The position numbers and the translations under genes were made by a program. Shown piece after piece: positions 10,533 to 22,804 of a stretch of DNA of 64,000 nucleotides (the stretch's first letter is position 1; each line of letters starts with the position of its first letter). The DNA is taken from assembly GCA_000004985.1 (NCBI GenBank), contig GG738898.1, one strand, 5' to 3'. The notes beneath the pieces are model-generated. The model saw nothing but the letters and a program-made list of their open reading frames with translations, made no database searches and had not been told where the DNA came from. Origin of the DNA: Naegleria gruberi (Eukaryota).

Positions 10533-11617
10533 TCCAGGAATGAAAACACAACTTCCAATACCTCACCTGGCAAATCACCAATTAATGGAGCATGTCTATT
10601 GGCAATCAGTAGCAGGAGATTAATCATTGCTCTCTTCTCCTTTGAGAAATGTTGATGCAATTCTCGCATCCAGTAAACACCTTTAAAAACTGGATATTGA
10701 TTCGAATCAAAACCAGATTCATTCGAGGTGAATTTGGCTCTATCATTGCTCACTGATAAGATCTTCTTACTGGATCTTCTTGAAGGACAGTTCGCTTTTA
10801 TATCCAAATTCTCAGAAGAAATTCCAAAATTCTTCACTCTATCATTATCCCACTTCAGGTATGGCAAATAAATCAATGCATGATTATTGAAAATATGGTA
10901 TAATTCTGGATCAAAAAAGAATTGACTATCAGTTTGCCCCTTTCCCTGTAAAAGCAATAGATTTTTTCTGGAACACATTTCTACATGATTATCAGAAAGA
11001 GCTACATTCCAAACTGACATTTGGCTCATAAATCCTTCATAATAGCCACTACCTGGGTGGCCTATCATAGAATATCCAATACAGAGCTTATTTTGCAGAG
11101 GTGGATCCAACATCTTCAAATCACTCAAATGCACCACGTCCAATTCTCCATTAATATAAAATCTCATTTCTCCCTTCTTAAAAGTCACACAACAATGATT
11201 CCACTCCCCAATTCTAACACTCCTTCGACTGCTCACACAATTGACCCCCACAGCAACATCATCCCTTCTCGAACCAAGAAACCTCACCTTATCCATATGC
11301 AAATCAAAACCAAAGCCTGCAAAATTCTCTCCAGCCACAGAAGAATCAAAAATTCTAATATCTCCATGTTTTGTAGGATGAACCCAAGCCATCATGGTCA
11401 ACTCATCAAAAGGCTGGATCATCATCTCGGAGGGAACTTTCATTTCATAATACAAATTAACCTCAGAACTAAACTCGAACACACTATTAATTCCCGAGTG
11501 ATTCATATCATGTAAATCTTCATCATCTTGTTGTCTGGTGCTGTCGTTGTAGAGGGCTCCTACAAACAAGGCTCTTACAAAGTTTGAGTTGGAAACTTGA
11601 TGGGCTCGTCGACTCAT
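10529..11617 (-). CDS. Concanavalin-A-like (LamG/SPRY-type jellyroll) domain protein with a C-terminal F-box-like motif
   Basis: ATG at 11617. Jellyroll-type block ...WVHPTKHGDIRIFDS...GFGFDLHMDKVRF...GEWNHCCVTFKKGEMRFYINGEL. Ends ...LPGEVLEVVFSFLE, which looks like an F-box start, immediately before TGA at 10529-10531. Confidence 0.55.
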   Translation of the reverse strand: MSRRAHQVSNSNFVRALFVGALYNDSTRQQDDEDLHDMNHSGINSVFEFSSEVNLYYEMKVPSEMMIQPFDELTMMAWVHPTKHGDIRIFDSSVAGENFAGFGFDLHMDKVRFLGSRRDDVAVGVNCVSSRRSVRIGEWNHCCVTFKKGEMRFYINGELDVVHLSDLKMLDPPLQNKLCIGYSMIGHPGSGYYEGFMSQMSVWNVALSDNHVEMCSRKNLLLLQGKGQTDSQFFFDPELYHIFNNHALIYLPYLKWDNDRVKNFGISSENLDIKANCPSRRSSKKILSVSNDRAKFTSNESGFDSNQYPVFKGVYWMRELHQHFSKEKRAMINLLLLIANRHAPLIGDLPGEVLEVVFSFLE

Positions 11618-11761
11618 TTTTTTTATCTCTTAATTTCTCTTGATTTGGAAAGTTTACAATGAACTTTGAAATTGGTTGAGAGGTCAGTAGAGAGATTTGA
11701 ATCAAATTATTTTAAAATTTGTTCATAATCGATTGAATCGTTTAATGATATATTAAATATT

Positions 11762-12663
11762 TTACAATTTCTTTTCAATTCTAAAAGAGGAAATTAATTG
11801 AGTGACCTCTTCATTATTATAAGATTTGAATTGACCACTCCATTCCATTGGGAAACGATCCACCAAGCATGCAAGAATTTCACCAATCTTTTCAGGACTT
11901 TCCAATTCCTTATTTTCATGCAAGTTGACGAAATTTTTGTAATCCTTCATTGATTCCACATTTCCTACTGTTCTAATTTGTTCTTGCATTTGAGTATCGA
12001 CAACTCCTGGTCTGATACTCAATATTCCGACTGGTTTCTCTTGTTTTCTCTCCTCCAAATCGAGACACATTCCAAAATGATTGAGAGCTGCCTTTGAAGT
12101 GCAGTAAGCTGACCATCCATCGATAGCTCTTGTGGCTGCTCCACTGCTTACTAAGAGGATTCTTCCACCATCTGGCGATTTTCTCAATTCTGGAAGACAG
12201 TAATGACACAATTGCATGACACTGATCAGATTGACTTGAAAAACTTGATTCAAATCAGTAGCTTGTTCATGATTCCATTGAGAAATATTCTGAATAGGTC
12301 CAATCACTCCTGCATTGCACACCAATCGATCCACTCTCTTAAAATTCCTCATTGCAAAATTAAATATTTCCAAAGATGGATCTTTACACTATTATCATGT
12401 GATGAAACTTTTTCCACAATTTTATCACTCTCCCGATCAATGAATAATTCAACGGTAGAAGAACAGGTAGGTTGTGATAAATCCACACAGATGGCTGCTG
12501 CTTCACCTCCGAGTTGGTGAATATCCTTCAGAGAATTTTCTAATTTTTCTTTGTTGGATCCTGTTATGACAACTGTGTGTCCATGCAAACAGGAGAGTGA
12601 CTTGGCAATGTGCAATCCGATTCCTCTCGATGAGCCAGTTACAATGGAAACTAGTTTTTGCAT
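11762..12663 (-). CDS. Short-chain dehydrogenase/reductase (SDR). Exons: 12388..12663, 11762..12337.
   Basis: Exon 1 carries TGSSRGIG (TGxxxGxG). The intron is gtaaag...tttaag (50 nt). Exon 2 carries RVDRLVCNAGV (NAG) and YCTSKAA (YxxxK). Phases are consistent. Confidence 0.75.
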
Positions 12664-12744
12664 TTTTTCTTTTGCGAATTTGAAGATTAAAAATTAGATT
12701 TGTTTATTTGCCAGATTTATATTTTTAGTGTGAAAATACTAATA

Positions 12745-15532
12745 TTACAAAACAAAATTGAGAAGGACAATCAAGAAGGCACCAATAAGGAGTGAATAGA
12801 AATTCTTAGGTGCCTTGCTGAGGACCATTTCCAATTCTGTTTGTTGGATATTGAAAGTGCTTGAAATGACCATACTGAAATTTTGATCGCCGACATTGTT
12901 TTCATTTGCCATGACGTTTACAGTGCAAATGTCACTCTTAGTAGTAAAGTACACCTGTTCGACAGTATTAACCTTGTCCAACATTCCATTCCCTAAATAT
13001 TCTTCACCACCCGTACAATGAACAGAAAGATCCAAATCATTGATTAATTTGGTAACATTGGAAGTCATGTCTGATTGAGAAGCTCTATCATACCATGTAA
13101 GAGTAATCTTGATAGCATTCCTAGCTTCGAAAAGGAAGGTATAGGATTTCTTTTGTCCTGGTGAAATTGGTTGTCTATTCAAAACTCTGAGAGTATCTGG
13201 ATTGGAGAATTTCATAACAGTGTCCAAACTAACTGTACCATAACCATAAATAGGATTTGGAGAAGAATAACTTGAAATATCAATGGAAGGATCAGTGAGA
13301 GATGAATAGATGGCACCTTCAACTGGAAGTGCAGAGTGAATAAGGAAGGCCTTAATCAAAGTACCTGACACACTCAATGTTTCATTCTCTCCCAAAGTGT
13401 TATTCAAATTGAAATATCTCAAACGTTCATAATTATTAGCAGTGAGATATTCTCTAACAAGTGCAGCCGAACCCGACTAAATAACACCATGTGCCAAATT
13501 CAGTAAATACAATAACTTATTAAAGTAAAAAATAATAGAAATAACATACGACACCTGGTGTTGACATTGATGTTCCGCTCAATGCCACAAAGTCACAAGT
13601 TGATCCACTCTTTGCAGACATTATGAAATGACCTGGGGCCATAACATCTGGCTTGTTTCTTCCATCCATGGTTGGACCTTTTCCTGAGAAGAGAGGCATT
13701 CCCATACTGAAAGTTGAATACTTGCTTTCACATTTGGAGGCACTCATTGAGGTAGAATTACAATAGGATGTGTAATAGTTGTGAACTGCTCCGACAGAGA
13801 GTAAATTCTTGGCTGTTGCTGGAGCTGAAATACTTTCTAAAAGTGAAATATTGCCACTGTTACCTGAAGCTTGGACAATAATCATGTCATCGTGGTCATA
13901 GAGGAATTGATCCATCAAACTTGCTTGGTCACTGTAGCCAAGACATTGTTGGTGACATTTCACACCCTTCTCTGCCATGCATTCAGTGTCATTGACTATG
14001 GCTCCTCTTTGTCCATTCTGTTTCAATCGGTAACAAACTCTGTTATAGTCGCAAGAGTAACTTGAAGGTTTGCATCCCCAAGAGTTGGAGTGAATTCTAG
14101 AGCCAGCCAAATTGTAAGCTCTATTTAACATTCCTTGTAAATCATAGTTTGATGCCACAGAACCATCAGCACTTGAAGAGAAATCAATCACATAGAGTTT
14201 TGCATTCTTGGCCACACCATTTCTTTTCGACATTGAACTGGAAGGATATCTAGATGACAAATCACCAGCAATAATACCAGCAACGTGTGAGCCGTGTCCA
14301 TTGGTATCAATCATGTCCATTCCTTCAATACCAACAACCTTTTTATGATTGAAATTAATGGATGTATAGTTGGTTGCATTCTTATCGTAGAATAAACAGT
14401 GCTCTACAGAAATTCCTGTATCAATATAGGAAACAATTTGATTCTTTCCTGTAATTCCGTTATCCCAAATGGTTGATCCTAATTCTTCAATTCTTCCTCC
14501 TTGAACAACATTGTTCATTCCCTCATCGAAGAGTTGAGTTTCAGTAGCTCTGGAAACATGGATAATTGACTCATCAGAGGAAAGTTGTTCATAGAGAGAT
14601 TGGGCTAATTGTACATTCAAATTCTCAAGCATTCTTCTATTTCTTGTTGGTTCAGACTCCACTTCAATGAATTGATTTGGGCTCAATGAAAATAACTTAT
14701 TTCTTGGGTGGAGGAGTTGAGTGAGTGAAAAATCAAACTTTCCGCTCAATTCCTTATTCATCCATTCAGTATTGGATTCAAAGGTTGATTCTAATCCTCT
14801 CACTCTGGACAATTCACTTTCAGACATACTCCTTACAGTGGTTCTCACTCGCTTGTTTACTTCTCCCTTTAACCAATTCGAAAGCTTTCTCTCTGAAAAT
14901 CCATGAGATGTTTCAATCAAGAGTGGAGCTCTACTCAATGATAAAACATCACTAATAGGAATTGAAATTCTATGAGAGGAAGGAACTCTCTTAATCCACT
15001 CAATATTCAATGATTTCATTCTTGATGAAGCCAAAGAGAGAATAACCTTCGGAGTTGCTAGTACCTTAAAGATTCTATTGTTTGTTCCGTATTGTGGTAC
15101 AAAGTTCTTGTCAAAGTTTGATGTTTTCTTCATCAAATCATTTTCCTTATTATCATCGTTGTTTTCAAAGGCAAGAGCTATTTGTTGGAGAAGTGAATCT
15201 TTCAAAAGGACTCCATCAGCAATTTTAATATAAGTCAATAAGTAATCATTCGGTCTATCAAAGAGCATTGCTTTGTATTGTTCAATATTAGAACTAATTG
15301 AAGTTGAAGCAACTTTCACTTGTATCTTTGTTTGATGATGAAAGGAGAGAAATAATTTGGCCAAACAAGGACCCACCGATTCAAATCTTGATATTTCTGT
15401 TGCATTTACATTCCCCAACAGACAGAACAACACAACGATCATCATCATTGCAACAATTAAAAAAGCAGAAGTAACACCTCTTCCGCTGTTGTTACTCGTC
15501 CTCATCCTCTTCTTCTTCTCTAATATCTCCAT
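12745..15532 (-). CDS. Subtilisin-like serine protease (peptidase S8) with N-terminal signal/TM. Exons: 13550..15532, 12745..13476.
   Basis: Catalytic triad contexts DTGISVEHC, HGSHVAGIIAG and GTSMSTPGV|SGSAALVREYL, where the Ser motif spans a 73-nt intron (gtatgt...tttag). ATG at 15532. Confidence 0.85.
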
Positions 15533-15735
15533 GAAATGTAATATATTATAATTTAATCACCACAGAATCGTATGTTGATTATATTTTAAGGAAATAAGGT
15601 TGCGATTCAGTTTGGGCGATTTTTTTCAAACTTTTGAATGGTTTAAGGCAAGAACCAAAAATACTTATTTAGCTACGAAAAATGTCAAAACCTTACTGAA
15701 TAACATGTATTGGAAAGCAATTTTCTATAATTTAT

Positions 15736-16933
15736 TTATTGCTTCTTTGCTTTTTGCTTCTTTTCTATAAGAGCAAATTCCCTTATCATTTGAGATGCCA
15801 TTTCATCAAAATGTGTTGGGTTGTGCTTCTTAACTTGGTCATCAGATGATAATTCTTTCATTACATTTGAAATTTTCGTTTCCACCTGTTCCCAGTCCTT
15901 ATTAAAGAGTTGAAGAACAGATTTTTTGTAAGTTTCCACAATTGCTTTTGCCAATTCATCCAAAAGAGCCTCATTACTAATCATATCTTTTCTCACTTCC
16001 ATTGGTATTTCTATTTGGAGAGCTGGCATTCCTAACATGACTGATTGATGACTTATTGTTGTCACTGTATTTTCACCCCAATATCCATGCAAGTGTGGTT
16101 CACTGTCAATGGTCAGTTTCATTCCAGAATAGGTCCTATTGCATGTTGAAACAGCAAGTTGAATATTATCACAAAGATCCTTCTTGAAATGTTGAAACCC
16201 TTTCAAATCTTTCCATAATACTTCCATTGGTTTAGTTCCAATATCGAGATTTCTGTCATTTTTTGCATTTGCCTTACCATGAAGGTCAACATGTAAGGTA
16301 GGAAATCCTGAATATTGATTCTTCATCTTGAGAAGGAATAAGTGGAATGGTGAACTCATAAATTGCTTTTCCACAAGATAATTAGGATCCAAATTACTCT
16401 TATCCTATCATTTGCAATACGATCAATGTCAATTAAAATTACAAAATACAAACCTTTGCTTTTGCAGTTTTAGGATTCCACATGATGAAACTTCCCTCAA
16501 TTCCCAAATATTTCTTCACATGCAAAGAAAGAAGCAGACAAATTTCATTGGTATATATTTCTTTAGCATGAACACTCTCTTCTTTCTTTGAAATTGCTCC
16601 TCCTCTATAAACTTGCAATCCGTGAGGTGCTGAAAACAATATCGGACCAGCCAAGTGATCAATATGATTTGAATATTCAGCATCACCCGAAGAAGAAGCA
16701 TCCAATTTAATACTATATAAATCATGTTCAGTAGATGTTACCTGTGCCTTTTTACTCGCCTTAGTAGATTTACTAGTATCATCACTCGTCTTCGGAACCT
16801 TAGTTGAATTCTTATTCTTCTTTGATGATTTGTTGGATGATGAATCATTTTCAATTTTAATATATAATGCGGTATTCTCTGTTATGTTGCTGCTCTTCAT
16901 GGCTTTTGAAGGTTTGCTTGAGCTGGTGCCCAT
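15736..16933 (-). CDS. N-formylglutamate amidohydrolase-like (FGase/zinc amidohydrolase-type) protein. Exons: 16454..16933, 15736..16404.
   Basis: MGTSSSK N-terminus (myristoylation-type MGxxxS). SAPHGLQ and HVDLHGK motifs resemble FGase PHxG / DxH. Intron gtttgt...gatag (49 nt). Family call is tentative. Confidence 0.5.
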
Positions 16934-16981
16934 TTTTCTTCTTTCTTTTTAATGTTGTTAAGGAGAGCGAATGACTGTGGG

Positions 16982-17637
16982 GCAGAACCTTTAGAAAATA
17001 TAAATTGTAATATTTATTAACGTCTCTTGTATCGTAAAGACCTGAGAGACGAGGTCTACAACCAGTACGTTTCGGATCAGCGTTTAAGTGTTATGGGTTG
17101 ACGCTAAGTGGTTGTTTAGACTGGGCCTGCCTGTGGTAGGCAGAGAGGTATTTCCTGTTAATAGTGAAGCTTGCATTGGGACGGTAGTACCACACTGAGT
17201 TCTTGTACAAATAAATAGCTAGTGCTTTGTAGACTTCTAGGGCCACATTCTTAGGTAGTCTTTTGCGCTTAGACCAGTTAAGTCATTACGGGAGCAACGA
17301 CCATCAAATTCTATCCTAAGTTGAGAGGATTCTGAGACATCAGGAGGGAATCTGTAGTTTCACCCTTGAGCGCCTTATTTATCATGGCTCTTGCGATTTT
17401 TTGGGTGATAGGAGAGCATCTACGCTTGAGAGGTATCTAGGTACAGAAAGCACTTCAGAGATAATATTACGTTCCTCATTGGACCGAGTCTCAAGTGTTT
17501 TGGTCTGAAATTTAGTAATCTGGATTCAACTTTTAAGAGAACCTTATCATCGGAGGGAGACCAAGACATGTTATTAATAAAGGAGGTGTAGATACTCTAA
17601 CGGATTATTCTCAGAACTGAACCTTTAGAAAAAATCC
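16982..17637. repeat. ORF-free, GC-enriched block (about 42% GC) of about 620 bp bounded by 14-bp direct repeats (gaacctttagaaaa at 16986-16999 and 17619-17632)
   Basis: Exact direct repeat seen in sequence. No ORF of 60 aa or more on any frame in 16934-17960. Lies in the 1.35-kb intergenic region upstream of tRNA-Asp. Confidence 0.5.
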
Positions 17638-18076
17638 AAATAACATGTTAAGAAAACTAATAAACAGATGATGAAAATTAACAGACAACATTATCATGCC
17701 AAGTGATCAGTACTAAACATGAATTGTTAGGAGGTATAGTATACTTCAAAAAGGTAAAAAGGCATGGGTGGAGTTTCGCCACCAACACTTCAGAGAAATG
17801 AGCTGATCGTGATGTTAGAATTACACTACATGCCTCAAATACAATTCAATTTCACAACCTATCTTACCTTCAGTTTGTTTTAAATGTTCACTTCATTATG
17901 GTATTATTCTTTTCTTAAACTACTCTGAAGGTTCAAAACACACTATTAGTTATTTAACTGATGTCTAATGTACTTCAAGTTCTAAAATACCATGACATAA
18001 CATTAGTTTCTATAAGAAATGAACTTTTTTTAATTTCTAAATTTCCAAACCACAACCCAAGTTCACTTTGGCCACT

Positions 18077-18141
18077 CTTCACTGTTCATGCAGTCAAAGA
18101 CTGCAGCGGGATAGTCGTCATATTCCTGGCAGGCTTCCCGT
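18077..18141 (+). repeat. 65-bp repeat unit, copy A. Inverted partner at 22805..22869.
   Basis: cttcactgttcatgcagtcaaagactgcagcgggatagtcgtcatattcctggcaggcttcccgt matches the reverse complement of 22805-22869 at 60/65 positions. Confidence 0.8.
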
Positions 18142-18281
18142 TTCGTTTTGTAATTGAAATCATTATTCGAACAAACACAGCTTGACAGTCAATCTAATTT
18201 CAAAAAAGAATATCTATTGGTTAGCTCAAGTAACTGCTTTTCACTAAGGCCATGTAAGGAATCTTTGTATCATGTATGTAA

Positions 18282-18352
18282 TCGGGTGTGGTATAGTGGT
18301 AGCATTCCAGACTGTCACTCTGGCGACCCGGGTTCAATTCCCGGCACTCGAG
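18282..18352 (+). tRNA. tRNA-Asp (anticodon GUC)
   Basis: Acceptor TCGGGTG/CACTCGA (one G-U pair), D-loop AGTGGTA, anticodon stem CCAGA/TCTGG, loop CTGTCAC, T-arm CCGGGTTCAATTCCCGG, discriminator G. D-stem is imperfect. Confidence 0.8.
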
Positions 18353-18750
18353 ATTAATTTTTGCCTCTATCTCTCTATTATTTGAATTTTTCTTTTTTCA
18401 TCATTGAAGGAATGATATTTAATCTAGCTAAATATCAATTTTCAAAGTTTCATCTCTTAAAACTGCAGAGAAAATAATCAAAGATTTGTTACCCATCAGT
18501 TTCCTTTAAAAATATTTCAAGTTCCAAGTTCCTTGCCTATCTTTCAAATTATTTCCGCTTATCAATCAAACTCGAAATAATTCTATTGGTTGATTCACCA
18601 CCAATCTTTCAAAATTGTCTCCTTTCTACTCTCAATTTGCAACAAGTTCACTTTAAATTAATTATAAATACTTTACTGTATTCGAAACTTTTGAAAAACA
18701 AAAACAAAACAAATAGCTAAACAACTAAAACAACTCAAAACAAATCAAAA

Positions 18751-19203
18751 ATGATGCTTAATTGTCAATTCAGTGATGAAATTATCAAAACCTATGAAGA
18801 AATGAGAATGGGAAAGGGTTCGAATAAGGATAAAAAGTTCCTAGTATTGAAAATGCAAGAAAGTTCCATTCAAATAGATCAAGAATTGACTCAACTCTCT
18901 TCATTGGATGAATTGACTTCTAATCTTCCACCAAAAAATTCTCGTTTCATTTGCTATCATTTAAGTTTCGAAATGCCATCTCAAAACGAAACTTGTCAAA
19001 TCAGAGAAGGAATCAGAACTAAAATGATGTTTCTCACATGGTGTCCAAACGAAACCAATGTTAAGGAAAAGTTTCAAGTTGCTGCCACTGTCAAAACAGT
19101 TAAACAAAAATTAAATGGTTTGAGTGCAACTATTCACTGCTCAACCAAGAGTGAAATTGATGAAAAGTCAATGATTGAAAAATGTTTAACTTTTATGAAA
19201 TGA
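18751..19203 (+). CDS. ADF-H domain protein (cofilin/ADF/GMF family)
   Basis: Single exon with ATG at 18751. KMMFLTWCPNETNVKEKFQVAATVKTVKQKLNGL matches the cofilin core [31 protein letters not shown]. Confidence 0.7.
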   Translation: MMLNCQFSDEIIKTYEEMRMGKGSNKDKKFLVLKMQESSIQIDQELTQLSSLDELTSNLPPKNSRFICYHLSFEMPSQNETCQIREGIRTKMMFLTWCPNETNVKEKFQVAATVKTVKQKLNGLSATIHCSTKSEIDEKSMIEKCLTFMK

Positions 19204-19337
19204 TAATAGACATGCAAACAATAATGTAAATAAATGTAAATAACAAATAGATAATTAATCAATTATAGAATTATATTCAAACAATCTAAAAGAATAAAAA
19301 GTACCATGTTGAATCTTACAAGTTTGTTTGTTTTTAT

Positions 19338-19874
19338 TTACAATTTGCTAGATAACCAATCTAAACCTTCAAATAAACCAGTGCCATTCATTGCGCTACA
19401 TGGTTGTATATACCAATCTTGTTTGATTGAATTTAATTGCAGAATCTTGGCAAGATCTGTAACATTGGCAGCTCTTGGTAAATCTTGCTTATTAGCCCAC
19501 ACCAATAACTTGGCATTTGATAGAGATGGATCTTCCATTACTTTATGCAATGTTTCCGAAACTTCTTCAAATCTCTCTCTATCATTCGAATCGACAATGA
19601 ATATCACAGCATCTGTTCCATTATAATAATGTCTCCATAAGGTTCTAATCTTATCCTGACCACCAATATCAAACACTCTGAATTGAACTCTCTTATATTG
19701 AATCACTTCGGCATTGAAACCAATAGTAGGTATAGTATTGACATTCTCATCTAATTGAATCTTGTACAGTGTTGATGTTTTACCAGCTGCATCCAAACCT
19801 AAGAAGAGAATTTTTGCTTGTTTGTTTTCGAATAGGGATAAGTTCTTTATCATGTTAGAAAGTAATTGACCCAT
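19338..19874 (-). CDS. ARF-like small GTPase (ARL), intronless
   Basis: MGQ N-terminus (myristoylation), [35 protein letters not shown] and CSA motifs. Confidence 0.85.
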   Translation of the reverse strand: MGQLLSNMIKNLSLFENKQAKILFLGLDAAGKTSTLYKIQLDENVNTIPTIGFNAEVIQYKRVQFRVFDIGGQDKIRTLWRHYYNGTDAVIFIVDSNDRERFEEVSETLHKVMEDPSLSNAKLLVWANKQDLPRAANVTDLAKILQLNSIKQDWYIQPCSAMNGTGLFEGLDWLSSKL

Positions 19875-20113
19875 TTTTGTGTATTAGTATATTAGTTATT
19901 GTAGTAGATTGAAGTATTGTTGTTGTTTTTTTTCAATTTGTTGTTGTTTTCAATCAAGTTCTCTTCCATGCTTGTTTTAAAGTGAAATCCACGCCATTAT
20001 ATCATTTTTTGTAAACTTGAAAAATGTCGTCATCAGCAACAGATAAAAATAGAATGTGCCAGAGCTCTGTGTTGCAATTTTAAAGACAATCACGGAATAA
20101 ATTTATCAAGTTA

Positions 20114-22344
20114 TTACTCAGAAGTATTATCATTAATTTCTGCCATTATTGAATCGATGGAACTTTTTGGTTCATTAAGGACCGATAATATTTCCTCATC
20201 TTTTTGAAAAGTAGTATCGAGATGTTCATAAATTTCATCATATTTACGAATGACCATCTTGATTATTTCCTTGTCTATTAATAAGGATCTACAACTCAAA
20301 TAAGCACGAGGAAATTTCTCTAATATTGGAAGCATAAATTCCTTGTCGTCTAAATCCTTGGTTTCCAAATAAAGCAATAAACCTATATCCTTGGATTTAA
20401 ATATTCCACTCCTTACTAATTCTCTATTTGGTTTTGTAATGTATCCTGAACCAATTAATTTTTTTAAATGCTTTGCTTGGAATTCATCATCAAGTTTTAA
20501 ATCTTTGGATAATCGAGGAAAGTAGGTATGATTCAGATAAGTTTCAATTATTATTTGATTATTTCTTAAATTATTGCATGATAGATTTTCATATAGAGCA
20601 GGATATATTTCAATTATTTCATTTACCAATTCAATGTCATCTGAACATTTTTGCATCAATTCATTTCCTTGTTCTTTCACTTCAATGGCATGAATCAAGT
20701 GAGAGAAACCCTGTTTATCAAGGCGCAAGTTCTTAATAAAATCCAAACCAATGTTGGAAATATTAATTGTAGAATCTTTCAAAAAACTTGATGTAAAATA
20801 CCCTTTTTTGGTACGAGTAATAATTTTCAATATGAAATCTGCGTCGTGTTGATAGTAAAACAACTCAGGCAGTGGTACACCCAACAATATTAAATCTAAC
20901 ACTCTTTCTTTTGAAATATTTTCAAACAATTCCTGTTTGAAATGTGTGTGATAATTTTCACTCAAACAATTCAATATTTTTTCTATTTCTTCACTTGAAA
21001 ACTTGTCTGATAATATTTTTCTGAGAATATCTCGATCCATTTTTCTTCTATCTTCCAAAGTAAAATATAAACTAGGTGTTATTACCTGTACCAATGAGTC
21101 ATGATCCAAATGGTCCTTCAAATTATGGAAAGTCTTGGAATTTTCTGTAATTATCTCTATAAAAAAATCTTGAGTTTTAAGATCTTCAGGTAGACAATTA
21201 AAATTTGAATCAAAATCACGTTGTGATTTGCAGCCTTTCATTGCAAGTTTGGCAAATAATCTATCTTTTAAACTACTCTCACTTAAGGATGCATAAAAAG
21301 TCGGATCTACTTCCAAAATTTCCTTTGCATATTGTTGTTCATATTTAAATCTTAACTCATCTGAACTGATGTCAGTGATAAACTTTGGATTTTTCTCTAG
21401 TACATATTGAATTATTTCTTCATCATCTCGGTAACTACAATGCTGGAAACATTCTTCCACTTTTTTGATGAATGAAAATACAATATTTCTATTAAATTTG
21501 TACTTGAAAGGAAAGTAATTAAAAAATAGAGAGTCATACTCTACTAATATTTCCAACTGACTCTCGCTTAACTTTTCCATCTCTATCTGGATTCTCTTTC
21601 CTGTATTATATTGTACATTTCTAAGCACATGAACGTCTATGAGTTGTGAAATTAAGGACTTAAACTTATCTATGCAAGCCTTATTTCTGTTTTGAAATAT
21701 TAATACTGATCTGACATCTCTTATTGACTTTCTAACTATATTTTCATCCAACAAATCGTCAGGAACCATTTCGAAAATACGGTGATTGTTATCCAATACT
21801 TTGTAAATAAAGCGCTTATTTTTGTTGTAAGGGCAAAATTTTAAACAATTTGGGTTCATAACACAAGCATGCAAGTACTTATCCCACTGCGTTCTGTTTT
21901 TTGGATCTTTAAATGCTATGGTAGTTGCAAGTGAAATATCAGCCAATACATTCATCATTTTCATTCTTGTTGGGAGAGTTGAATTTTTAAGACTAGTAAT
22001 AATTTCTTTCAAAAGAGGAGTACTATTGATAGTGGTTTTGTTGGATAATCGTTCAAGTGTTACACCTAGGGCGTACAAATCAGTTTCAGTTTTGAAAGGA
22101 AACTCTAGTAAACCTCTTTTTTCGGTGTTAAAGTATTTTTCAATTTCTGGATCGTAATATTGCTCAGTTCCAGTTTTGAATTGGTAGGGCTTGTATGAGT
22201 TTTTCTTAAAAGATACTCCAAAGTCTGTCAATACTACATAAATATTAGAATCAGTAATTTCCTTCACGAGTATGTTAGCAATTTTGACGTCTCGATGACA
22301 TAGTTCCTGTTCTGAAATATATTTAATAGCACTTGAAATTGACA
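20114..22344 (-). CDS. Protein kinase (5' partial, N-lobe lost in the 50-N gap at 22345-22394) with a roughly 600-aa C-terminal extension of unknown function
   Basis: Frame directly after the gap reads SISSAIKYISEQELCHRDVKIANILVKE...TDFGVSF, which is the catalytic loop HRDxKxxN plus DFG. The upstream ORF 22449..22760 (acidic, about 100 aa) may be a 5' exon or a separate small gene. Confidence 0.6.
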
Positions 22345-22804
22345 NNNNNNNNNNNNNNNNNNNNNNNNNNNNNNNNNNNNNNNNNNNNNNNNNNTCTCTG
22401 CTTCAGGTAATTGTACTTTGTTTTCAATATCAATATTAACATCGTCCATTAGCTTTTCTTTTTCGGAATAGCTTGTTCATAGGTTGGACTTTCTGGCATA
22501 AAAAAGTGAGTTGGGCCACTGGTAGGTTCATCAGCTTGGTCATCCTTGTTTCCTTCTACTGTTGTATCATCCTCTTCATCAGAATATTCTCTTTCTCTCT
22601 TGTTGAAAGAATTTAACATTTTAAAGATTTTTTTTAATTTTAAATTATCTTGTGAAATCATCTCACTTTTCCAAGTTGTCAACTTGCTCATCCTGCAGCT
22701 TAGAATTTGAAATAAACTAAAATAAAATAAATTAATCCAAGCAATAAACAACGTATCCATTCCAGCTCTTGCTCTATTAAGCTACATTTCGATTATTAAT
22801 TTGG

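Noticed and set aside
22264-22449. ORF-track entry 22264..22449 (MDDVNIDIENKVQLPEAE-gap-CQFQVLL..)
   Set aside because: After the N-gap this frame is wrong. The kinase catalytic loop HRDVKIANIL lies in a different frame, so the track protein is a gap artefact.
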